64,000 nucleotides of DNA, taken from the NCBI GenBank assembly GCA_012295275.1, contig CM022675.1, forward strand, positions 9,176,001 to 9,240,000, read 5' to 3'. Of the stretch, positions 1 through 13,867 are shown in pieces. The notes beneath the pieces were generated by a model. That model had not been told where the DNA came from. It was given only the letters and a program-made list of their open reading frames with translations, and ran no database searches. Source of the DNA: Chrysomallon squamiferum. Taxonomy: Eukaryota; Animalia; Mollusca. How positions within the stretch are numbered: position 1 is the first letter of the stretch; each line of letters opens with the position of its first letter. The position numbers were made by a program, and so were the translations under genes.

Positions 1-38
1 TCATTCATATCTTTACAAAATAAAACAAATTCAATACC

Positions 39-72
<34 letters not shown>

Positions 73-339
73 AGTGCCTGGGCATAACTAGACTCTTTCT
101 GAAATGAGGCAAAAACACTTTAAAAAATGTGGGAGAAGATCCAACATAAACAAATTCATTCAGTGGATATCGTTTCCATTGGAATAGAGATTTATATTTT
201 ATATTTTTATAACAAAATCTTTGTATATAAAAAAATAAAAATGGTCAATTTTGGTGTGAGGCACATGCCTGTTTGCCTCAGTGTAGTTACAGTCATGGTG
301 TGTGTGGCTATAGATACTTAGATACAGATGTAGATACAA

Positions 340-412
<73 letters not shown>

Positions 413-653
413 CATGCCATAAATAATTGCTTTAATTAATTACACATACCAACATTTACTCATAATTAAGAATGGCAGGAATGTGGGTAATACTTTGTAT
501 ATAACCACCTTTTTTCTTTGTTCACTTGACTTATTATTGATATTTTTGTTAGAACACTAATATTATTTTTTCATGTGTTTAGTAATAAAATGACATGTAT
601 TTACATATTTCAATAATATAACAAATTTTCATCTTAACATTTAAATTTATTGA

Positions 654-830
<177 letters not shown>

Positions 831-1272
831 CAGCTGTTACTATGGAAACGATCGTTTTGCAGTCTTCGTATTAATTCTCAGATGTTTTTATTTTTTTTAT
901 ATTTGAAATTTTTTTTTTTTTAAAGTAAAACGAATGAGAACAAACACAAAGTTTTGTGGATCTTAACTGAAAATGGTTGACTAAGAAAATATTTTAGTTA
1001 CAAAATTGTATTTGATGTTATACTGAAGTTAAAAGGTAGGAAATTTATTTTGGGACTAAGACTAAGGAATGACACAATTAAATGTTGAAAACATAGAAAT
1101 AATAAAATCATTTAAGTTTTGGATAAAAAGTTATTAAATATTTAAACTATATTTCTAAATATAGATTCTGAAAAGAGTTGAAATAGTTTATTTTTTCAGA
1201 ATTAAAAGTGAATCTAAATTTTATTTTCAATACAATTTTCAATAAAAACTTAACCTTTTCAAAGATAATTTG

Positions 1273-1307
<35 letters not shown>

Positions 1308-1944
1308 TTCAGGGTAAAGAAATCCATATTTTTAAACCATAATATATATGTTTAAAAAACAGTTGAAATCAAATTTTGTTACTAGATCTCACTTTTGAAA
1401 TTTCAGTTTAAAAAATAAAACTGAATTTCATTTAATTGCAACTGATAACTATTTTCATATTGAATATTTATATTTTTAAGCATTATTAAAAAGTTCCAAG
1501 CAATAAAAACAAAAACCCAGTATTAATGCACTATATTCCCCTATTTATTACTTATTATAACTTCCATCCACTTGCTCTTTCACATTCTGCCATATATTGT
1601 TTCATAATATTCTCTATGTATATACAAGTACATTTATATTTTTATGTTGCTTTAGTTTTACAAAAAGTGATTTTATGTCTGAAAGTTTACATTTATCGTA
1701 CAGTTTTATTTTTCATTTTGTTGGGTATTTTCTAATGCCACTTTGTTTTCTGTGCAATAATTTGAAATTAGGATGTTTGTTTTTTAAATTTCTGGTTGTG
1801 ATTTTTTGTGTAGTCTTTTAGTATTTAGTAGGATTTATTTATTTTATTTTTTTTTTTTTTTTTTTTTACTTCTGTGAAAGTAGTGTATGAGATTATGATT
1901 AAGGATATTTGGATATATTATTGTTTTTGTTATTACAATTATTA

Positions 1945-2000
<56 letters not shown>

Positions 2001-2574
2001 GTTATTGTTGTTGTTGTTGTTGTAAAAACATGTTTTTTTTCAAAATGTGTTTATTTGCTATTTTTACATTTTAACCTGATTTGCTCTTCAGTTAATACTT
2101 TTTAGCAAAAATAATATTTCAAGTGAATGAAAATAATAATTCCAGTGTTTTTACAGGAGACAGAAAGAAGAAAATTAAATATTGTGATTAATTTAAAATT
2201 GTCTTCCATAACGACTAAGATAAAATGAACAAAATTGTTGATTTGGTGTATGACCTTAAAAAAAAAAAAATGGTGGAAGAAGATGATTTGGGTTTTCATT
2301 TGTTGTTGTGATATATTTGTACTCACTGTTGCATCATTCCTACCAAAATAATTTCTGTTTTTAAGAATTTTTGCTTTAAAGATGGTATTTGTTGTATTAT
2401 TTAAATGTGACATTTGTTACAGTTGATATCTTCCACATCATTCCAAAGTAACTACTTCCAGTTTACAAACCAAATGTCATGAATACCAGTGTTGTCTATT
2501 TTATATATTTTACTTCTTGTATGAATTTCATTTTTGTTATTTGGTATAGATTTAAGAATTGATTTGATTTCACA

Positions 2575-2800
2575 AGAAGGTCTTTGATTGGTGCTATTGT
2601 CTTTATATTTAATAAAATGTTATTGGTGGAACTATCTTTGTTAAATAAAATTTGATTGGTGGAATTATTTCTTTTTAAAAGATGGATATTGATTGGTGCT
2701 AAATAATGGAATGGGTTTGTTAACTAGGATTTTATTGGTGGTAATGGATTAATTAAGGTGTGGACTTTTTCAGTTATGGGTAATTGGTAGAATAGGTTTT
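2575..2800. repeat. Degenerate ~35-40 bp tandem repeat with an ATTGGTG core, in the presumed TMBIM 3' region
   Basis: Recurring gattggtgct / tattggtgga / gattggtgga / gattggtgct / tattggtggt / aattggtaga at roughly regular spacing. Confidence 0.55.
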
Positions 2801-4460
2801 CGTTGTTAAAATATATTTTGTTAAATGGAATGTAAATAATTGAATTTTGATACGTTTTTTCAAATGATTTCTTTTTTAATGCCGTCAAACCATGTAAATA
2901 CTCAAAAGTTAAATTTGTTTAAAATATTAAAATTTATAAATTCTTAAAACTTTCACTTAAAATTAATAAAACTGAATAGTAATAGTTGTAATTTAAAAAG
3001 GTACATTCTTGTTTTCTAAAGGAGTCATTATTATTATTATATATGTAACGTCCATGAAGATTATTATTATTATTTTTTAAAATATTTTTTAGCAAATAAT
3101 TATTTTCTAAAAAGTGTTTATTTACATTCAAGGTTTATTTTTTTTTATTTTAACGGTCTTTTCAACAGTTGTGTAATAATAATACTGTTTATTATAATAT
3201 TAAACTGTAGTATTTAAATTTTTTAAATGTAATTTAGCAGTGAAAATGAAGTGTAAATAAACAAATGTATAACACGATTATTTTTAGTTTTGGATAAAGA
3301 TAATTATTATTAATGTTATTATTGGTTATGGATTTAGCAATTTACATTTACTTGCAAAATATATTAAAGTAATTCGTCTTAAGTCTTTTTGTTTGAAACA
3401 GGTGAAGGCAGATCTGAACCTCTAAAAATTATTTTTATAAATACAATCTCATGAATTTTTTAACATTTAAAATTCATAATAAAAATTTGTTGTGTATATA
3501 TAAATTAAATATATATAGCATTAACATTACTGCAAATAATGGATTTAATACCAGTAATCCAGATGTTTTGAAAATCAGTATAAAAACTAGCAGCAGCAAA
3601 ACATTTGAAACTTTTTCAGCATTCACTTTTGGTGAAGAGTTAATTTGCATTTATATATCAGTTTGCTAGTCTTGATGAAAAAACACACCACTGTTCAGAA
3701 TTTATTTGAAAAATATTTTCATTGTCAGTGGTTGTATCATAATCAAATGAAGTCTGAATATGTATATCATATCTAGTCAAATATGTGCATTTATTTAAAA
3801 AAAACAATTTTATTTATTGTTGAAGATGGAAATGTTAAAATCATTCTTGAAGTTTTCTTTAGCCAAAACGATTGTTAAATATGTAAAGAGTTTAATTTTT
3901 TTAGACATTTGTCTTGTTATATATTTTTCTCTATGGTGAAGATGTATATATTACTAGTTGCATAATGTCCAGTATTCTTCTTTTATCCAAATATATTTTT
4001 GGTTTTATAAATGCAAATAAATTGTTTAAAAAAAAAACCTGTTGTTGTTATTACAGTGAACCTAACAAGTGGTTTTGAAATATAAAATGTTTAAGGTTTT
4101 TAAGAAATCCAGAAATGTGTAGCTAATGTAGCTGTGACTTTAATAATTAATAAAAATTTAACATTATTGATTTTAAAAATGGTAATAAAATTCTGGTTTC
4201 AACAGTTCAAATAAAGTTTTGTATAAAAAGTACCCATTTAAAGCGCTATGGCTTACAAATTACAAACAGTAAATATTTAAAAGAATTAAAAAAACAAAAC
4301 AGCATTAATGGATTAAATAATTTAATTTCTGATTTTTTTTCATATTTATTTACATTTGTGCAAATCTCTGGCTACCATGATGGAGAAAATTCACAGTTTG
4401 TAAATATGGTTACATTTAAATATTCCTTTATTATAATTCAAATTAATTCAATGTTGAAGA

Positions 4461-4735
4461 TAGATTTTACATGCAGAGTTGACAAAAAGTCACAGTTTCA
4501 CACTTTAAAGGTAGCTTTACATACAGTTAGGAGAAACCACAGTTCTGCAGTCTGAATTAGTTTTATATGCAGAGTTAGCTAAAGGCCACAGTTTTTCATC
4601 CAATAAATGGCTTTTCAAAATTAAGACATAGTTTCGTACATCTGAGTATTTCACAGATGTTGAAGCTGTAGACTTCACATGTAGAGTTAAACAAAAGCCA
4701 CAGTTTCTTATTCATGCAGAGCTAGAAACATAGTA
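4461..4735. repeat. Degenerate tandem repeat in the FASTKD3-like 3'UTR
   Basis: Units resembling tagwtttacatgcagagtt...aaaagccacagtttc at about 4461, 4558 and 4669, with shorter interleaved variants at about 4512, 4621 and 4713. Confidence 0.65.
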
Positions 4736-4745
4736 TTGGTTATTT

Positions 4746-5916
4746 TCATTCTGGCAGATTGATGTGTGGCTTCAAATTCTTCCTTAAATAATCAATAGCT
4801 TCTTTACTGTTTCTAAGCTGACAAATATCCAAGTACATAAGCTGAAAATAAATGTTTAAAAATTATTCTATAAGTATTTCTAATTAGTTAAATTAAACAA
4901 CTGACACTAAAACCATTAACTACTTTGGCAATGTAACAAACACTGGCATAAAAAAAATAATAATAATAAAAAAAATAAAGTATCAAAACAAAATTAAATA
5001 CATAATAAATAAATTTTTTTTTTAAATAAAATGAAAAGAAATCCAATGATCTACTTTTAAAATCCATTGTTGTTAAATGTCTTTATTCCTTTTTTTTTTT
5101 TTGTTTTCTTACAATTAACAGAATTTAAAACCTTTTTCAATTAATGAATAACCAAATAAGTTAATTATTTATACAATTATAATGATACTACTTACCTCAA
5201 TGACTTTGTATCCAAGAATCTTCAGATGTCTGTTTCTCATGCAGTGTTCTCCAAGAAGATGTACGCTATTAATACAATAATCTTCTGGTTTTCTGATCAA
5301 AAGGGCAAGTCTAAAAAAATAATTTAAAATTTAAGTTTAAATATTTATAAAATCAAGGAATTGAAGATATAATGAGATCACAAAAATCAGAACATTAACT
5401 GTTATTAAGAAATGAAACAATTTTCATAACAATCTAAAAAATGTTTTATATGATTGTTTATTAAACAATTTCAGTTTCATTTACCCTCAAGATTTTTATC
5501 ACAAATTTGCATTTGTTTTTTCTTTCTTAAAGTTTTGGTAATTTTTATTTCTAGTTTCATTCACCAGTTTATATAAGAGGTTAAAAGGTCAGAGGTCACA
5601 AACCTCGTGAGGTTGTCACATGTCTGAGAGTATGGCATGACATTTCCTTTCTCATCCAAATGGATTTCAAAATCTGTTGAAAAAAATAAAAATATATTAA
5701 AAATATTCTGTAAAAATATATTAATGCATAAACCAGTAAAACCAAAACATTCAATACTGATAACCATCCTACAAAGATATAAGCTGCTGATACAATTAAT
5801 TCTTCAGAACATGTATTGATTTTGGCCAGTTACAATATTAGTATGTAAAGAAAATTAAACAAAATCTATCTCTCTCTCTCTGACACAAAAACTCACACAC
5901 ACATGCATAGAGAAAC

Positions 5917-5957
<41 letters not shown>

Positions 5958-6331
5958 TACACATATAACATCTGTATACTCAAAATTATCATTAAAATTA
6001 ATTATAAAAGAATTTAAAAATAACTTCTCTGAAAAATATGTCAAAAACAAAGATCAGTGAATTACTGTTAGCAGTGAAATGTAATTTTGAAGCCACTAAC
6101 TGACGTACCTATGGGGTGGACTGTGTTCTTGGCAAAGGTGAGAGTTTTCACCTGTTCCTCTCCAAGCAGGTGATGCAGAGCCTCAAGTAACTTTGATCTG
6201 TGAATTACCTTGTCAAGATCTGGGAAAAAAAAGAAAGAAAAGTTTTATGTATTTTCTAAAGATTTTCAAAAACAATAAAAACTTTTAAAATGGTAATCTT
6301 TTTATGTATGTGTCTTTGTGATAGACAATAC

Positions 6332-6366
<35 letters not shown>

Positions 6367-8966
6367 GTGTGTTTACCATCTGTTCCAAAGTTTAAGCATA
6401 CAAATTATGATACATAATTTCACCTACAATGGTAATGTCCAAAAATAATTTTTATGACTGTTAAAGAATTTTTGCTAAAAAAAAAAAAGAAGAAAATTAA
6501 CTGAAAAATGTGATCTCTGAAAATTATATATAATAAAGAGAATAAAGCTATCACTAAAAAAAAAAAGAAAAAAGAAATTTTTTTTTAAACAAAAAAATAA
6601 TAATAATAAAAAATAATAACTGAATAAAATAAATAAATAAATAAATAAATATTTGAAAACACACAACAACAACAAAAAGGTTTATTAAATTTTGACTGAA
6701 GAAAAGATTACTGAACTCACTTCTGCTAGGATGACTGTCGTAAAACTTGAAAATAAGTGGGACACGGATGTTTCTGATTTCCAACATGACTGCTGATTGA
6801 AACATCTCCAGCATCAGACAGGACTGATAGTACGAACTACTGTTAGCTGAACCTAAAAGATGTTTTATTACTTTTAAAATCCATCAATATTTAATTAAAA
6901 ACAATTATCAATAACATGATAATACAACCAATATATATTTGTTGTAGTAATGCATGTCTATAATAAAATTATCACTTACTGAAATTTGAAGTTCACCATA
7001 ATAATAAAAGGATGAATATAAAGTTTTGATCCGATAGAAAAAACTATTAAGAAAGATTTTTTTTCATAAACACTTTTGCAAGTAGATTTCCCCTAAATTT
7101 GGCTACACTATAGAAATAAGAACTGTATTACTTAAAAAGTACCATTCACATTTTGGACAATATATATAAATTTGTCAAGAAATTGAATCAAATTTGGATA
7201 ATAATAATGTTCTTTAAAATAAAAACTACTATTAATAAATGTCATAAAGAATTGATTCTCAGTCAAGATGACAGTGGGAGAAAAGACTGATTACCTTTCA
7301 TGAAAACACATTTTGGACTGTGACCATGTGTGTGTGTTTGTGTGCATAGAGAAAGATGGAAAGAGGGAGGGAGAGAGAGAGGGAGGGAGAGAGAGAGAGA
7401 AAGAGAGAGAGCCAGCCACATGGTTGACATATTAAGTTTGATACAGATATGTAACTTTTTCTTGTGAGTCAGTAATTCTCTAAACACACACTTACTTTTC
7501 AGTCTGGTCAAGAAGGAAGGAGTCAGAATCTTATTGACAAAATTTGTGGGGATTTTTCCCAGAAAAGCAAAAGAACAGAGAATCTCTATGCAGTGAGAAA
7601 TATCCAGGCTGTCCAGCTTTTCTTCCAGTACATTTTCAACTTTGATCAGAAACGCTGTCGAGTTCTGAGCAAGGTAATTCAGATACCCGAAAGTCCGCAG
7701 AACTGTGTACAACTGCAGTGGATTGTAGTCGTGCCCATGCTCTGTGAAGTGCAGCATGGCCGTGTCAAGAATTCTGGGAGACAGGAAACGTCTGCCACGA
7801 ACGTATTCCATCGTTAGAGCGAGCAGATTAGTGTCTAACTTCAGTCCTCTGGCTGGTATGTATCTTTCCAAAGCTCTGAAAAAAACGTCGTCGAAAAAGT
7901 TAAACTGTATGAAGCAGGTTATGATCTGCATCAAGTCCGTTTCCGAGGTGTTGTGGATGTTTAAGTAAGTCCATTTTGCAAAACCTTTGAACATGTTCCC
8001 GTGCATCGTGTTCAAGCGGACCATCGACGTTATCATCGTCGTGACATCCTGACTGGTCAGCTTCCACCAGAACTTCTGACACTGTTTGTCTATCACTTTC
8101 GTGATGTACTTGTGCGTACGAGGAAGCATTTTGCAAACCACAGCAACGTTAGTTTCGTCTATTTCTTGGTATCTCGCTCCAATGTGCACCCAGATGTGAT
8201 CAATCAGTGTTTTATTATCTTCCGCCGAAACCCAAAGAGTTGCGCTGAGGGAACATAACTCTGCGATGGAAAACTGGACGTCGCCGATTCTCCTTTCAAT
8301 TTCTTCGTGGACCACGGTTCGACACTGCTGACTGAACTGCGGAGAGTGGACGAAACATTTGACCAGTAACGTTATCGTTTCGTTGGTCAGTGTCGACACC
8401 TCCTTTCTTACCGTGTCATACAGTTCGTGCATGACTGCTGTCCGAATGAAGGAGTCCAGGTCATCCCAGTCTCTGTTGGCATTCTTCAGCTGACACATTC
8501 TCAGAAGAGCGTAAGATGCCGAATGTCCGGTGACTTTATCGGCAGGAATGTCCAAATGTTTGAAAACCTCTTTAACCGAGTCACACTGCTGCAGTAAGAT
8601 TTTGAACTTTTCGTCCTCCTCTGTCGCTTGTCTCGGTTTTTCATCTGGAGACAGCTGACTCGTGAAAGGAAACATCGTTCCATCAGCGCAGCGCACGATC
8701 AGCGGAAGTTCTCGGATGTCGAGACCGTCCTGCAACAGCAGCGTGGAGACGTTGAGAATTTTCTTGCTTGGTGGAGGTGTCTGCGATGATGATGATGACG
8801 ACGATGATGACAACTGTCTTGTTGATGATGATGATGCAGCTGTTGGTATATCCGACAAAAGTGGCTCCGCTCTGTTCAGGATTGAAGGAAGAGAACAACA
8901 TCGTTGCAGAAACTTGAATTGGTGAAGGCACTGAGCCACTCGTCCAATATTTGTTGGGTTTGCCAT
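4746..8966 (-). CDS. FASTKD3: FAST kinase domain-containing protein, mitochondrial (FASTKD3-like), 6 coding exons, 664 aa
   Basis: complement(join(4746..4841,5196..5310,5604..5673,6109..6219,6721..6852,7496..8966)) = 1995 nt. All introns are GT-AG with consistent phases. FAST region FGYLNYLAQN...PTNFVNKILTPSFL; RAP domain DFEIHLDEKG...RLALLIRKPEDYCINSVHLLGEHCMRNRHLKILGYKVIE. Motifs and the large first coding exon best resemble FASTKD3 from recall. The family call is firm; the paralog call is less so. Confidence 0.88.
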
Positions 8967-9017
8967 GGTCAAATCCTAATAAGGAAACATTACTTGAAAT
9001 TGTTAGCAAAATCTGAA

Positions 9018-9051
<34 letters not shown>

Positions 9052-9507
9052 TCAAATGTATTAAAATTAAAGGAGGTGTTAAAATATACAATGCAATTAT
9101 TATTCCAAATGATTTCTTAAAATAATTCGTAATACTAAATTAATATGCAAGTATTAATTATTATGACTTCATTCCATGGTGAATGTAATTATGTATTAAT
9201 GGATGATGTTCATCCTGTATATTTCAGTAAAACGCCTGGTAACTATATTTCTCAAGACAATCTGTCAGGGAAAACAGATTCTAATTAATATCTAATTTTC
9301 TAAAAAAAATAATAATAATAAGGTAATTTATGTTAAATGTATGACAGCATTAAGTTGATCAACACATTTTTAGTAATAAAGTGAAATTAGATGAAATTAA
9401 AATATATTATTGCGATATTCATAACAAGATTTTATTTCATTCAGCGAACACAAATTATGGTGACACCTTGTACATTTATTAACTAGATATGTAAAACGTG
9501 GTTTTAC

Positions 9508-9700
9508 CTTTTCATTCCATCAAACTTGTTAAATGCGTTTCAACGAAAACACTGCTGTTGAATACTGGTTTCTGCAACATGCTGCGCTTTAAGCATGCCA
9601 ATAACATTGAAACAACATTTACGATTGTTACCAGTCGAGAACGTGATTTGTGATGTAATGTTTTCATTTTGACATTCAACATCCAAAGTAGATCAGCATT
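9508..9700. promoter_or_regulatory. Putative bidirectional promoter, including the non-coding first exon of the FASTKD3-like gene (minus-strand donor AAG|GTAAAA at 9508/9507)
   Basis: Locally CpG-containing segment between the minus-strand donor at 9508 (acceptor candidate at 9012) and the plus-strand ATG at 9701. TSS positions are not determinable. Confidence 0.6.
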
Positions 9701-10358
9701 ATGCCTCTGAGGGCAATATTACGGTACTGGAATGCTTTCTTATAAAAATAACATATGCATATGTAGAAAAATGCTCTAACATATAAAGCATACTAATCCG
9801 TAGAAATTTAGCTCAAATTAACTGACATTTTATTTTCATCGTGCAGATTTAAAGGGGAATGATCATTATGTTTATTCTTTTATATTTATCATGAATAAAA
9901 TTGTCAGTAGTAATTTTTAATGAATTATTATTGTACATTATTGCTTCTGACATACTGAATGATTTACAATCAAAAACCAGTCTTAAAATATATGTTTTTG
10001 CTTTGCATTCGTTGAATCATTAATTCTATTTAAGTTATTCTTATTATGTGAATTGGTATAGGTATTCGACAATTTCTGATTTAATATTAATTGCAGTTAT
10101 AATGTTACTCTGTGAATTGATAGGAATATAAATTTACATTACTATAACTACAAAATATAACATAACATATGCTTAGTGTTTAAATATGTAGTCAAAAATG
10201 AAATCAGAATATGTTTATAATCTAAATAATTTGTGTTTGTGTGTGTATGTTAAATACTATATACCATAATTATATTTTTCAGATATCTGCTGAACAATGA
10301 ACAACTTATTCAAAAGGTAAAATATTTTAAATGCTAAGCAGTTAGATATTTAGTTTCT

Positions 10359-10417
<59 letters not shown>

Positions 10418-11369
10418 TTATTTAAAAAATTAAAAAAGAAATGAAGGCATTAATGAATAAAGGATTTTTTCATATTTTTCTTAATATATATATATATATA
10501 TATATATATGAAAAAGAAACAAAATATAATGCCATTAACCAGTAGGTGTGATTTAGTAATACCTGTCAATCATTCACAGTTGTCGGACAGTTATCCAATC
10601 AGAAGAGCTGCTCAGCTGACTGCCTTCATGCTCTTCAGAGGAAGAGAAGCTGGTATGTACTGCTGTGCCTGAAACATAATTTTTCTAACTCAAAACTGCT
10701 ATCAAAGATATTCTGAATTTTGAGACTTGCCTTTTAAACTGGAATATGTTTTATATTCATCATATTTATGGTTATGCAATAAACCTTTGTGAGTAATCTT
10801 TGCTAGATATAAAGTATACATAATAAGAATTAAAATACCAGTGGTCTGCCATAAAAGTTGTCTAAAGTTAATGATGTTGTTTACACCAAGTATAAGTGAA
10901 GTCTGTAAAATTTTACCATCTCCTTGACATTCAAACAAACTTAAAACAGCGAGCAAGCATGGAGGCTGAAACTTTCATTTTTACTGTGATTTTAAAAAAC
11001 CTTATCACTGCAGACTTTGCAGTATTTTATTTAATCGGTTTTATTTTTAATTTCTATATACAAGACAACGTCACCATAAAAGGGAAAATATCATCTCCAA
11101 ACTTGAAATTTTATTTTTATCCTTTATTATTAGTAAAGATTAATGGTAGACATAATAAAATAAATAACTTAGAAAGTCATCAAATGCATACACGTTATTT
11201 CCAAACATCTCTTCTGTGCACCTACTCATAATCAGTATACATTTATTTTTCAGGAGAAGAAGCCATAAAGAAACTCCAGGAAGAACTGAAGCAATCTGGA
11301 GGCAAAATTTCCTCTTTTAAGGAGACTTTCTCCAAGGAAATGAAAGAACAGCAGAAAAAACAAAGATGA
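9701..11369 (+). CDS. NCBP2AS2: NCBP2AS2-like small protein, 4 coding exons, 81 aa
   Basis: join(9701..9723,10283..10316,10580..10652,11254..11369) = 246 nt, all GT-AG. Translates MPLRAILRYLLNNEQLIQKLSDSYPIRRAAQLTAFMLFRGREAGEEAIKKLQEELKQSGGKISSFKETFSKEMKEQQKKQR*. QL..KLS.S.PIRRAAQLTAF is the conserved NCBP2AS2 motif. Confidence 0.9.
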
Positions 11370-12599
11370 TATTAAATAAACAAAAACGAAACAAAATAAT
11401 TTCAACAAAACTGTAATATTATAATACTGGACTCTTAGCTGGTTGCTATGGCTACAACAACAGATGTTCTGGATGCGTTTTTACAAGAGTGTAATAAAAT
11501 AAAGAAAATAATTTGTAACATCTTAATTATTAGAACATGTATTTTTACAAGACTATGCTGTGTAATATGTGATATGTAAAAAAAAAAAACCTCTTTTGGC
11601 GTCAACAGATTTTTACAGAGAGGTAATAATTACAACTTCTTAGTCTCATGTTATATTTTTTAGTATGCGGCCATATAGAAGTAAAAAGGAGCTACATGAT
11701 TATATATATTTTTTTGGAATTTTATTAGGATAATTTATTTATCATAGATTTGCATTAATTAGATAATTAGAAATAGGTATAGATAAATATTGTCATGCAA
11801 TAAAATATGAAACTTGAAACACTTTATATGTTAAGAAAAAAGAAAATAATAATAAGAACAACAAATTGTGAAATTGTTATTGTAATTAGGATATTTTAAT
11901 AATAAACTATTGTTTTTATATGTATTATTTAGTTTTTGTATGGTTTTGTTTTGTTTGTTCTAAAATGTCTGGGATTATTATTTTATTTTATTTAGTTTTC
12001 AGTGTTTTATATTATTTAAAAAACAAATTATTTTATTGGTGGGTTTTTTTGTGGTTTTTCTATTTCATTATTACAGTTTATAAATTTTTATTTATTAAAT
12101 CCAGTACATTTGCTGAATGTCCATCCCCACTGATCTGGACAGTATTGATATTTATTAACTACAGTGTTTTGGAATCTTCAAATAATTAAGTTGTGGTGTC
12201 TGAATCAATATATTAACTTTATTTTTTCTTTTCTTTTATTCTTTCTTTTTATTTATATATTTTTTCTACTAAACTTTGTACTCCGTATTAGCATCATTTG
12301 CGAATGTGCTGTTTAATATTATTTTACAATATATTGTTTATAAATAAATAATGTAATAATAAATAAATAATTTTACAAATAAAAACTTTTTTTTTTTTTT
12401 TTCCCCATTTGAACAACATTTGACCTCAGATATACTACATATAGGCTATGGTTTTAACAAAATTCGTTTTCAATACCAGATATACTATTAGCCATCACTG
12501 AAATAATGCAAATAAATGTTCTGGACAGTTTTCGCTAATGAGTAAATAAATCTAACATTTACAGGAATATACATTATTTTATTTATTTACTTTATTATT

Positions 12600-12636
<37 letters not shown>

Positions 12637-12649
12637 GGTACATTATAGA

Positions 12650-12891
12650 ATTGCGTCCTTTTATGACGAAATGGTAAATGTTCGGTGGATCTTTCTTTTT
12701 GGTACTTTTTAACAAGCACCTGCTATGATTTAAGAGTTATTGCCCTTTATGGTCTCGATAAGTGATGAAGGAAGAAATCATATGACAGTTCTACCAAAAT
12801 ATTCGTGATAATGACGTCTTATGATATTGATTAATTTTATTCAATAGAAGATAGAAAAAGAAGACGATCAGCTAAACAAGAACAGCAGCAG
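12650..12891 (+). promoter_or_regulatory. Probable promoter and non-coding first exon of WDSUB1
   Basis: Local CpG enrichment followed by the donor-like CAG|GTATAT at 12891/12892. A matching acceptor ttttttttaaag ends at 13822, just upstream of the WDSUB1 ATG. Confidence 0.5.
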
Positions 12892-13686
12892 GTATATGTA
12901 GAACTGTTATATTAAAAAGAAAATAGATATTTAACGTTATGGTCTGTAGAAAAGGTAGTGCCTAGATCATTAGTAGTGAACCATAAGTGATCGTAAATCG
13001 GTGAAAAGGAAAAAATGTTTTATTGCTTAATAGTTAATTTATCAGTGAGAATTAAAATGCTGAATTTTCTTTTTGTCTGCTTAAGTATGAAAAGCATGTA
13101 TCCACTTAACCATTTTTCGATAAAATTATTACGATTTGTTAATATTTAACAACCACAGAGATTGTGTATTTATAATATAAAATAATATTGTTAAAAAAAA
13201 CCCCACAAAAACAAAGCATCAATTCGATTTAAACCACAATAAGGAATAAATTGTCAACTGATGAAACTAATACTAGTTACAATGCAAACTGAAAGACTAA
13301 TATATAAAAGGATATTGTAAATTTTAATTTAAAAACAATTCTTAGCTGAGTCTATTATATTGTTATTTTAAAATATTTGACTGTATATATTTTCCCATTT
13401 TAACCATGACTGTCGAATATAAACACTGTCACACATACACAGACATATGCACATATACATACTCATACAAACACAAACACATATACATTCATACAACCAT
13501 CCAGACATACACAAACACACACACACACACACTCACACAAATATATAAAACATTTTTTTTTTTTTTTTACTTAATTATGAAGAACATGTATTAAGTTAGG
13601 CATTTTTCGATAAAAACATTTACTGTTACATATAAAAAGTAATTGTTTGTTATGCTTAAATATTATGTTTTGTTAAAAACACATGA

Positions 13687-13738
<52 letters not shown>

Positions 13739-13867
13739 TCAGATAACAGAGAAGTAGAAATAAATAATCATAATTTATTAACCAATAATTTACATTTTCA
13801 TCATTTAGATTTTTTTTTAAAGAAGATTCTCACCTGTATTCATGGAACTTGAGTGCGGCCACAAATA

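Noticed and set aside
1518-1525. miR-8/miR-200 seed match (CAGTATTA) in the TMBIM 3' region
   Set aside because: Expected by chance in long AT-rich sequence; the UTR extent is unknown, and the ZEB 3'UTR where such sites matter is outside the window.
7593-9125. Overlapping plus-strand and alternate-frame ORFs over the large FASTKD3-like exon
   Set aside because: Shadow ORFs of a GC-richer real exon. The track's 569-aa ORF also reads through the donor at 7496/7495 into intron, so its C-terminus is not real.
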